Of a DNA stretch of 64,000 nt, positions 52,882-59,960 are shown piece by piece (within the stretch, counting starts at the first letter, position 1; each line of letters opens with the position of its first letter). This DNA is from Dehalococcoidia bacterium (GTDB taxonomy: Bacteria; Chloroflexota; Dehalococcoidia; Lucifugimonadales; Australimonadaceae), in contig OY764542.1 of NCBI GenBank assembly GCA_963668465.1, positions 2,688,520 to 2,752,519 on the forward strand, in the 5' to 3' direction. The translations under genes were made by a program, and so were the position numbers. The notes under the pieces were generated by a model. The model was not told the origin of the DNA. It worked only from the letters and a program-made list of their open reading frames with translations, and searched no databases.

Positions 52882-55203
52882 ATGAGACGAAGTATTAGTA
52901 GTGTGTTTCTGCTGCTCATCGTCACGGCCCTGGCCCTGGCGATAGCGGCCTGCTCGGATGAGCCTGAGCCTACGAACACTCCCACCAGCGCTCCCGATCC
53001 TGCCAACACCCCCACCAGTGTCCCCTCCGAGCCACTGAGCGTGGTCGCGAGCATCTACCCGATGCAGTACTTCACCGAACGCATCGGCGGCGACCGGGTG
53101 GAAGTCGAGACCATCGTGCAGCCCGGCACCGAGGCCCACGGGTTCGAACTCACGGCGAGCGACCTTCTCAGGATCGCCGATGCCGATGTCGTAGTGACGA
53201 ACGGCCTCACTCTGTTGCCCTGGCTGGATCGTGCGATCGAGTCCCTGGGCGACGACCTCTCCGGCATCGTGGTTGAGGCTGCGTTCCCAGAGGCGGCACT
53301 GCCCATCCAGGAAGGCGCAGACCCACACGGCCACGAAGACGAAGACGAGCACGGCCACATGGAAGAGGGCGGCCACGAAGACGAAGACGAGCACGGCCAC
53401 ATGGAAGAGGACGAGCACGGCGACGAAGGCGAGTCGGCCTTCGACGGACGCCTGCTGGTCGCGGACCTCGATGCGCAACACCTCTCAGTGATCGACCTCT
53501 CGACGGAGGAGGTGGACGTTGGCGCCTTCGAGATCAGTGCTCCGCCGGCCGCGATCTACCCCAGCCCGACGCACCGCTACGCCTTCGTCCTCGCCAGGGG
53601 CCCGGGTGAGGCGGATGACGGCATCCACATCTTCGACGGCGGCATCTTCCTCGTGGAGCACGGCGACCACTTCGACCTCGTGCGTGAGCCGGTCTCGCGT
53701 CACCCCCTCGTAGCGACGGTTGAACGGCCGATCCACTTCGTCAACAGCTACGGCTGGACGGCAGTGTTCGCCGACGCTCACGGCGACGTCTACCTCTACA
53801 ACGAGGACGAGCTCGCCAGCACGCAGGGCGACTACCAGCCGATCGTGTTCGAAACCGGCCCGCAGCACGGTGCTGCCCTGGCGATCTCCCCCGACGAGTT
53901 CATCGTGACCACGAAGAACCCCGACTACCCCGAGAACTCGGACGACAGCCTGCCCGTCGGCGTTGAGGTACTCAACCTGGACGGCGAAGTCGTCTATGAC
54001 GCCAGCAACCGTTCCTGCCCCGGCATGCACGGCGAGACGCACAACGAGGAAGGCGCCATCTTCGGCTGCGTCGGCGGAGTGCTCTTCCTGCACCCGCACG
54101 GCGGCAGCTACGACCACGAATTCATCGAGAATCCGTCCGAGATGCGCGAGGAGTCGCGCATCGGCTCCTTCTTCGGGCACCACGACCTGCACCATTTCTT
54201 CGGACGCGCCTCCTACTTCGACGGTCAGGGTTTCGCCAACGACGGCATCTGGCTGATCGACCCGGAGTCGGGCGAGTTCCGGCGGGTATTCAGCGAGCCG
54301 GTCGCGGCCGGTGGCGTCGGCGCGCACGCGGAGCGCCTCTACCTGCTCACCGCCGAAGGCGAACTGCACGTGCTGGATGCCCACGACGGCGATGAGATCG
54401 CGCACCTCCACGTCATGGACCCGGGCGAGGGTGGGCGGCCCCGCCTCATCATCGTCGGCGAGACGATGTTCATCACGAACCCGGCCCAGGGTGAGGTCAT
54501 CGCGCTCGACCTCGAACACCTCGAAGTGGAGGAAGCGTGGGACGTCGGCGGTTCGCCCTCCGGCCTCGCCTTCGTTGGCACCCTCGGTGAAGACGAGCAC
54601 GGCCATGAAGACGAAGATGAGCACGGCCATGAGGACGAGGATGGCCATGAAGACGAGGATGACCATGGCCATGGCGAGTACGACCCGCACTTCTGGCTCG
54701 ACCCGCTGCGCGCCGTCAGCCAGGCAGAGCGCATCGCAGAGGCGCTGATCGAGGCGGACCCCGAGGGCGCGGACGTCTACCGCGCGAACCTCGCCGCACT
54801 CTCGGCAGACCTCCGGGCGCTGCACGCGGAGTTCGAGGCGGGTCTCAGCTCGTGCGTCCACCGCGAGTTCGTCACGTCCCACTCTGCATACGCATACCTC
54901 GCGCTGGCCTACGACCTGGAACAGGTCGGGATCGCGGGCCTCTCCCCGGAGCCAGAGCCGTCGCCGCAGCGTCTCGCCGCCATCGCGGACCGCATCAAGG
55001 AGCTCGGCATCACGGCGGTCCTGCTCGAGCCCGTGCTCTCCGGCGCGAACGAGAAGGCGCTCGCCGACGAGACGGGGGCCGGCATCCACCAGATCCACTC
55101 GATAGAGAGCGTTACCCAGACTGAGCTGGACGAACACGGAGACTACCTCGGCCTGATGCGCGACAACCTGAACAGCCTCCGCATCGCGATGGAGTGCTCG
55201 TAA
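52882..55203 (+). CDS. cluster A-I metal ABC substrate-binding lipoprotein (ZnuA/AztC-like) with a ~450-aa insertion at the His-loop position
   Basis: Start ATG 52882, 7 nt after GGAGG. Lipobox LAIAAC. N-lobe VVASIYPMQYF..PGTEAHGFELTASD..VVVTNG. C-lobe DPHFWLDP..SHSAYAYLA..VLLEP. Between them lie two His/Asp/Glu tracts and a ~370-aa strand-rich domain. Confidence 0.85.
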   Translation: MRRSISSVFLLLIVTALALAIAACSDEPEPTNTPTSAPDPANTPTSVPSEPLSVVASIYPMQYFTERIGGDRVEVETIVQPGTEAHGFELTASDLLRIADADVVVTNGLTLLPWLDRAIESLGDDLSGIVVEAAFPEAALPIQEGADPHGHEDEDEHGHMEEGGHEDEDEHGHMEEDEHGDEGESAFDGRLLVADLDAQHLSVIDLSTEEVDVGAFEISAPPAAIYPSPTHRYAFVLARGPGEADDGIHIFDGGIFLVEHGDHFDLVREPVSRHPLVATVERPIHFVNSYGWTAVFADAHGDVYLYNEDELASTQGDYQPIVFETGPQHGAALAISPDEFIVTTKNPDYPENSDDSLPVGVEVLNLDGEVVYDASNRSCPGMHGETHNEEGAIFGCVGGVLFLHPHGGSYDHEFIENPSEMREESRIGSFFGHHDLHHFFGRASYFDGQGFANDGIWLIDPESGEFRRVFSEPVAAGGVGAHAERLYLLTAEGELHVLDAHDGDEIAHLHVMDPGEGGRPRLIIVGETMFITNPAQGEVIALDLEHLEVEEAWDVGGSPSGLAFVGTLGEDEHGHEDEDEHGHEDEDGHEDEDDHGHGEYDPHFWLDPLRAVSQAERIAEALIEADPEGADVYRANLAALSADLRALHAEFEAGLSSCVHREFVTSHSAYAYLALAYDLEQVGIAGLSPEPEPSPQRLAAIADRIKELGITAVLLEPVLSGANEKALADETGAGIHQIHSIESVTQTELDEHGDYLGLMRDNLNSLRIAMECS

Positions 55204-55272
55204 CCGGGTAGGGAAGCGATACGGCGGCCGCAAATCTGAATACGGCCGCCGCGAGGGAAGGAGAGGCGTGCG

Positions 55273-55719
55273 ATGAAGTGGTACGGCGAACCAGAGCGCA
55301 TCGACGCAGATCAGATGCCGGACTGCGAAGCATGCGACAAGGAGTGCGCGGACTGCTCGGGGCAGACGGTCAACGGCGGCTTCGCGACGCCGCTCTGCCC
55401 GGAGCCACGCGGGTTCGAACTGGATGAGCTGATCAACTTCGCGACCATCGCGGCCAACGCGGCAGGGCACCAGCTGGACCCCGAAGAGACGGACGCTGAG
55501 TTCAACGCAGTGCTCGTCGACCTGGACGCGGGCGATGCCAGTTTTCTGGTGGACCTGATGTTCTATCAACTAACCGGCCCCCTCCTGGGGGGTGCGCCGA
55601 AGTCCTCCCCGGCGCACCCCCCTACCTCGGCTGAACCGCTCGCTGAGCAATGCGATCTGACCCAACCGGACTCACACGAAGTATCCATACAGGAAGCCAC
55701 GGGAAACGAAACCCCATAG
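55273..55719 (+). CDS. hypothetical protein (Cys-rich N-terminus); 3-prime end uncertain
   Basis: GGAAGGAGAGG upstream. N-terminus MKWYGEPERIDADQMPDCEACDKECADCSG. The last ~45 codons run through a palindromic repeat (55587-55622), so the annotated tail may not be genuine. Confidence 0.45.
   Translation: MKWYGEPERIDADQMPDCEACDKECADCSGQTVNGGFATPLCPEPRGFELDELINFATIAANAAGHQLDPEETDAEFNAVLVDLDAGDASFLVDLMFYQLTGPLLGGAPKSSPAHPPTSAEPLAEQCDLTQPDSHEVSIQEATGNETP
55587..55622. repeat. hairpin repeat family F (loop AAGTCCTCCC), copy 1
   Basis: GGGGGGTGCGCCG aagtcctccc CGGCGCACCCCCC, a 13-bp stem. Confidence 0.75.
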
Positions 55720-55732
55720 AAAGGAGACGGAA

Positions 55733-55915
55733 ATGGTAGAGATGACGGCATATTCGGTGAAGCTGAAGAAGATGGTGACCATCAAGGACCCGGAGGTGGT
55801 AACCCTGAAGAACGGACGGAAGGCGATCCGCGGTGTAGCCGCGGAGGACCCGTCCAGCAAGGTCATCAGGATCGTGAGTGACAAGGACGCGGCAGAACTG
55901 GGGGTGCGCGGCTGA
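55733..55915 (+). CDS. small protein resembling a Cys-less DUF5679-type zinc-ribbon family member
   Basis: AAAGGAGA upstream. Product MVEMTAYSVKLKKMVTIKDPEVVTLKNGRKAIRGVAAEDPSSKVIRIV. The AYCVKCK...GRxAxxGxCPxCGTKxxRI pattern I recall has all four Cys positions replaced here. Confidence 0.5.
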   Translation: MVEMTAYSVKLKKMVTIKDPEVVTLKNGRKAIRGVAAEDPSSKVIRIVSDKDAAELGVRG

Positions 55916-55980
55916 CTCGCGCCGTCCCTGAGTAGCACCACCGGGAGCGGACTCGCCGGTCGCCGGCTGGAGCTGTACCT

Positions 55981-56031
55981 GGGGGATGCGGGGGCGCGCC
56001 AAGTCCTCCCGGCGCGTCCCCGCCATCCCCC
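55981..56031. repeat. hairpin repeat family F (loop AAGTCCTCCC), copy 2
   Basis: GGGGGATGCGGGGGCGCGCC aagtcctccc GGCGCGTCCCCGCCATCCCCC, a ~20-bp stem with one bulge and one mismatch. Confidence 0.75.
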
Positions 56032-56156
56032 TTTGTGGTTGGCGGGGTCGGTGAGCATGGAGGGTGGCAGGGTTGTGGTCGATTCCGTAGTGGAGGCGCG
56101 GGAGGTGGCGCGACGGTGGAAGGGAGGGCGAGGGCGCCCGCCGTCACTGGGGCGGT

Positions 56157-56582
56157 ATGATTGCTCGCAGCAGTGAGTTGACCGGCATGAATCAGGAACT
56201 GGACTACAGGGAGTTGCCCACGGAACGGGACGTCCTTGCGCCGGACGGCTCGGAGATCCGGCTGATGTCGGAGACGAGCCGGGGGAGCATGGTCCACTGC
56301 TCGCTGGCTCCGGGAGAGGTGTCACTGCCTGTTGCCCACCGGACGGTTGAAGAGGTCTGGTACTTCCTCGAGGGCACAGGCCAGGTGTGGAGGAAGCATG
56401 GCGGCGAGGAGCGCGTCGTGGACGTGGTTCCGGGCGGGAGCCTGTCGATCCCCGTCGGCGCCCACTTCCAGTTCAGGACAACCGGCGACCGTCCGCTGAG
56501 GTTCGTGATCGTTACCATGCCGCCCTGGCCCGGCGACGATGAAGCCTATCCCGTGGCAGGCTGCTGGCCTGTTACACCGTAG
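56157..56582 (+). CDS. cupin domain-containing protein
   Basis: 141-aa ORF with two-motif cupin beta-barrel spacing (VAHRTVEEVWYFLEGTGQVW ... GGSLSIPVGAHFQFRTTG). Confidence 0.75.
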   Translation: MIARSSELTGMNQELDYRELPTERDVLAPDGSEIRLMSETSRGSMVHCSLAPGEVSLPVAHRTVEEVWYFLEGTGQVWRKHGGEERVVDVVPGGSLSIPVGAHFQFRTTGDRPLRFVIVTMPPWPGDDEAYPVAGCWPVTP

Positions 56583-56612
56583 ACCCCGATAGCCCCACCT
56601 CCGGAGGGAGTC

Positions 56613-57167
56613 ATGACACGCATCACGCCCATCACCGACAAGACCCAGCTCCCACCGGAGCGGCAACACGAGTGGGACGCGGTACTCGCTGAACGTGGAC
56701 GCGTCCGAGGGCCGTTCGCGGTCATGCTCCAGAGCCCCGGACTCGCCTCGGGCTTCCTGTCGACCCTCCGGAACACGCACGACGACAGCGTCGTCAGCCC
56801 CGCGCTGCACGAGCTCGCCATCCTCGCCGTCGCCTACGAGGACGACGCCCCCTACCAGTGGTCGGTCCACGTCTCGACCGCCCGCGCCGCGGGCCTGGGC
56901 GCCGCCGCCATCGACGCCGCCCGCACCGGCGCTGACGCCAGCCACCTCGACGACGACGAGCGCGACGTCATCGAACTGTCCCGCCAGCTCTGCCGCACGA
57001 ACCGGGTGGAGCAGGCGCTGTTCGACTCCCTCATGGCAAGGCACGGCCAGCACTGGCTCATCCTCATCGTTGGCACCATCGGCCTCTACCGCTACGTCGC
57101 CGCCTTCAACAACGCCTTCGATATCGACGTGATCGCGGGCGACGACCAGTTGCCGCCGCGTGGCTGA
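56613..57167 (+). CDS. carboxymuconolactone decarboxylase (AhpD-like) family protein
   Basis: 184-aa all-helical ORF with CMD-family repeat features (ELAILAVAYEDDAPYQWSVH; ELSRQLCRTNRV). Confidence 0.72.
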   Translation: MTRITPITDKTQLPPERQHEWDAVLAERGRVRGPFAVMLQSPGLASGFLSTLRNTHDDSVVSPALHELAILAVAYEDDAPYQWSVHVSTARAAGLGAAAIDAARTGADASHLDDDERDVIELSRQLCRTNRVEQALFDSLMARHGQHWLILIVGTIGLYRYVAAFNNAFDIDVIAGDDQLPPRG

Positions 57168-57260
57168 GCCAGGGGCGTCCGCGCTCGCAATCGGGCGAGG
57201 GAAGGCAAGGGCGCCCACGAGGGACGCCCCTACACCAGGCCACCGGAACCGGGCTGCGAG

Positions 57261-57335
57261 GTTCCTGTCTCCGCAGGAACGACGGAGGTGGTGGGACGCC
57301 TCCCGAGAGATTTCTCGGCTTCGCTCGAAATGACA
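57261..57335. repeat. REP cluster (B variant + short E variant)
   Basis: ggttcctgtctccgcaggaacgac at 57261-57285 and tcccgagagatttctcggcttcgctcgaaatgaca at 57301-57335. Confidence 0.8.
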
Positions 57336-57347
57336 TGGCATGGCGCG

Positions 57348-58997
57348 CTACCACCAGACCTGGATGCGTGGGACAGGAGGACTGCTGCTGTCGCCGGGGG
57401 CGTCGGCGGGCGGGTGGCTGGGGTCGGCGCCGGGTTCCGGGGGCTCGGAGAGCGATGGGCGCGGGAGCTCGTAGCCTATGCCGTACTGGGGACGCGGGAG
57501 GCGGCGCGACAGCGGGAGGTCGTCGTCCAGGAAGGGTTCCGTGCCGGTCCAGATGCCGAAGGACGGCGGCTTGAGGAAGGCGAGGGCGAGCGCGTCCGCC
57601 TTGTCGGGCGAGGGGAGGCCGCGCTTGCGCATCTCCCGCTTGCCCTCCAGCCGCACCTGGCCGGAGCTGGAGACGTCGTAGCGCAGGGAGACGAGCTGAC
57701 CGGCGAGTTCTTCGTCCGGCGGGAGGACCATCAACCCGTCGTTCAGCAGCATCCGCACTTCCCAGAAGATCTCGGAGCGCGTGTTGAAGAAGCGGGTGCG
57801 GTGGGGTGCGCGTCCGCCGAAGTGGACGCCGTAGACCGGCTCGCCGAGTTCGCGCAGGCGGTCGATGACGCCGCCGCCGAGGCCGCCCTCGTCGACGAAT
57901 ATCGCCTCGGCGCCCGTCTCCTCCCGCGTCCGGATGATCTCGTGGACGAGGCGCATCGTGTCCATGCGCGAGAAGGAGGTGAGGCTGTGGACGCGCTGCC
58001 CCTGCCGCACGCAGATGGCGGACTTGTCCGGGCCGAACCGCCCGACGTCGACGCCGAGGTAGACGGGTTCGTTGGGGTCGAGGGGCAGCGTTGTCATGCC
58101 GGGCGTTGTCATGTTGAGCGGAGCCGAAACATCCCTCGGGGAGCGTTCGTCCTCAGCGGCATCCGCGCCCGAGAGATTCCTCGGCTCCGCTGCACTCCGC
58201 TCGGAATGACAATCGGCCCAGCGCTCCATGGCGTGTTCCACGGCGTCGCGGCCGACGAGGGAGTCTTCCTGGGCGTTGGGGAACTCGGCGAGGACGCCGG
58301 CGACGTAGGAGGGGTGGTCTTCGGACCAGTCGAGAGCGAGCTCCTCGGCGTCCTCGGGGGTGATGGCGCCGGGGAGGCCGCCGTTCTCGCCGGTGAAGTT
58401 GGGGGTGTCGTAGGCGGATATCTTGATGCGGTGGTAGCGCGCGCGGCGGGAGTGGTGGGACTCGTAGAACTCGCCTTCGAGCGTCATGGCGTTGCCGACG
58501 AGGAGGAGCCGGTTGGGGTGGAGGCGCTTGATGGCGTCGATGTGGTCCTGGGGCATGGCGTGGGCCTCGGTGACGACGACGAGCAGGTTGGGCGAGTGGA
58601 AGCCCTGGATGTTGCACGCCTTGTTGGTGGAGAAGCCGAGCGCGAACCGCTTCTCGTCGATGCGGTACTTCGAGGCGAGCATCTTCCCGCCGAGGCGCTC
58701 CTCCGCCACGGCGTACGCCTCGCGCATCTCCTGCCAGACGATCTCCTCGACCTGCCGCTGCGTGGGCCCGGTGACGACGACCTTGGACTCCGGCCGGGTC
58801 TCGATCCACCAGAGCACGGCGCGCGCGGCTGCCCAGTCCTTGCCGCAGCCGTTCGCTCCGACGACCGAGACGCGGCGGTGCTCCACGACCGCCTCCAGCA
58901 TCTCGACCTGCTTCGAGTACGGCATCCCCGCCTCGCCGAGCACGTCGTTCACGAACCCGACGGGGTCGTCCACGTATCGTGTGAGGTCTTCTGTCAC
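57348..58997 (-). CDS. phage terminase large subunit-like protein (ATPase + RNase H-like nuclease), isolated
   Basis: Walker A-like VVGANGCGKD and Walker B-like LLVVVTEAH. Nuclease motifs LGVDVGRFGPDKSAI, IFVDEGGLGGGVIDRL and SPDKADALALAF. A REP family E copy sits in-frame between the two domains. Confidence 0.78.
   Translation of the reverse strand: MTEDLTRYVDDPVGFVNDVLGEAGMPYSKQVEMLEAVVEHRRVSVVGANGCGKDWAAARAVLWWIETRPESKVVVTGPTQRQVEEIVWQEMREAYAVAEERLGGKMLASKYRIDEKRFALGFSTNKACNIQGFHSPNLLVVVTEAHAMPQDHIDAIKRLHPNRLLLVGNAMTLEGEFYESHHSRRARYHRIKISAYDTPNFTGENGGLPGAITPEDAEELALDWSEDHPSYVAGVLAEFPNAQEDSLVGRDAVEHAMERWADCHSERSAAEPRNLSGADAAEDERSPRDVSAPLNMTTPGMTTLPLDPNEPVYLGVDVGRFGPDKSAICVRQGQRVHSLTSFSRMDTMRLVHEIIRTREETGAEAIFVDEGGLGGGVIDRLRELGEPVYGVHFGGRAPHRTRFFNTRSEIFWEVRMLLNDGLMVLPPDEELAGQLVSLRYDVSSSGQVRLEGKREMRKRGLPSPDKADALALAFLKPPSFGIWTGTEPFLDDDLPLSRRLPRPQYGIGYELPRPSLSEPPEPGADPSHPPADAPGDSSSPPVPRIQVWW
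58168..58210. repeat. REP family E copy inside the terminase-like CDS
   Basis: cccgagagattcctcggctccgctgcactccgctcggaatgac, translated in-frame as HSERSAAEPRNLSG. Confidence 0.85.
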
Positions 58998-59020
58998 GGG
59001 TCCACCTTCTCCACCCGGAT

Positions 59021-59046
59021 AAGGGCGGTTCGCGAACCGCCCCTAC
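59021..59046. repeat. REP family A
   Basis: aagggcggttcgcgaaccgcccctac. Confidence 0.85.
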
Positions 59047-59054
59047 GCCGGTTA

Positions 59055-59090
59055 ACACAAAAAGCCCCCTCGCTCTTTCGCTGAGGGGGC
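59055..59090 (-). terminator. intrinsic terminator after the small 82-aa gene
   Basis: The minus strand reads GCCCCCTC agcgaaagagc GAGGGGGC followed by TTTTTGTGT. Confidence 0.6.
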
Positions 59091-59234
59091 AGCGGTCTTC
59101 CTGCGGCTTGTCCGTCAGGGTCAATTGCGCTCTATGTGCGCTGTGCAGGCATTATGCGGTGGGCGTGGACACTTTGGCAAGTGCCAAATGTCATGCTGGT
59201 GACTCTTACTGCGAATTCAGAGTCTTTTCGAGTG

Positions 59235-59483
59235 TCATGCGAAGGTCACGCTGGGAGAGTGGAACGTGGCGGTGTAGTCAGCCTCGCCCGGTGAGACCTT
59301 CTGGACGAGGAATGTGCCCAGGGCGTGAACCTTCTTCGCCTCCGTGACGGCCTCGAGGTCGCTGTCGTAGACCGCAATCACTTCATCATCCTTGATCACG
59401 ATGAACCTGCCGTTGTACCGCTCGACCATCGCGTCCTGGTTGGCAAGGTAGAACGCGAATGCTCTCTTGAGGTCGTTGCTCAT
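59235..59483 (-). CDS. small hypothetical protein (82 aa)
   Basis: Start ATG 59483 (MSNDLKRAFAFYLANQDAMVERYNGRFIVIKDDEVIAVYDSDLEAV). The GxF/W-V-x-I-xDxxV pattern is reminiscent of small antitoxin-like or phage-associated proteins. No firm assignment. Confidence 0.5.
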   Translation of the reverse strand: MSNDLKRAFAFYLANQDAMVERYNGRFIVIKDDEVIAVYDSDLEAVTEAKKVHALGTFLVQKVSPGEADYTATFHSPSVTFA

Positions 59484-59589
59484 CTGGTCACCTTGCACAA
59501 GCGTGCCGGGAGGGGGTAGTACGCCTGTCCCTGCCCATCGTGCTGCAGGGGTGGCCATTCGCGCAAGGGGCTCGTGTCACATCAGGGGA

Positions 59590-59874
59590 CTACGCTACGA
59601 ACTTTAGCTTGACGCCGGAGGCGGCGGACATCTTCGCAAGCGTGTCGAGCCTGGGATTCCGGCGCCCCGACAAGGTGCGCGAGAGGGCCACGCGGTCCAG
59701 ATTGGCCTTCGCCGCCAACCTTGACACGCCTCCCTGCGCCTCGGCGACGTTGCGGAACGCCTTCATCAGCAGGCGAGGGTCATCGCCCATCTCTTCGATC
59801 ACCGCGTTCAGGTATGCGGCGATGTCTTCAGGAGTCCTGAGGTAGTCGCTGGCCTTATGTTCTCTCATGGGCAT
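59590..59874 (-). CDS. higA: HigA-family addiction-module antidote protein (HTH), no cognate toxin adjacent
   Basis: 94-aa ORF. YLRTPEDIAAYLNAVIEEMGDDPRLLMKAFRNVAEAQGGVSRLAAKANLDRVALSRTLSGRRNPRLDTLAKM matches the probable-antidote family pattern. Confidence 0.82.
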   Translation of the reverse strand: MPMREHKASDYLRTPEDIAAYLNAVIEEMGDDPRLLMKAFRNVAEAQGGVSRLAAKANLDRVALSRTLSGRRNPRLDTLAKMSAASGVKLKFVA

Positions 59875-59882
59875 AGCTTGAT

Positions 59883-59900
59883 TGTAGCCATTTGGCTACA
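59883..59900. promoter_or_regulatory. perfect palindrome, candidate HigA operator
   Basis: TGTAGCCA tt TGGCTACA, located 9 nt upstream of the higA ORF start. Confidence 0.4.
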
Positions 59901-59960
59901 GACTGCAACACCGATCAACCTGCTGTGACAAAGGGCGGGGCGTGCGGGTAGCATCGCGGC

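Noticed and set aside
52504-53481. N-terminal 326 codons of the 685-aa minus-strand ORF fused to the amidohydrolase-2 gene
   Set aside because: It is antisense to the znuA-like gene and its His-tract repeats. The amidohydrolase has its own ATG at 52503 with a GGAAGGAG site and the family-typical DxH start.
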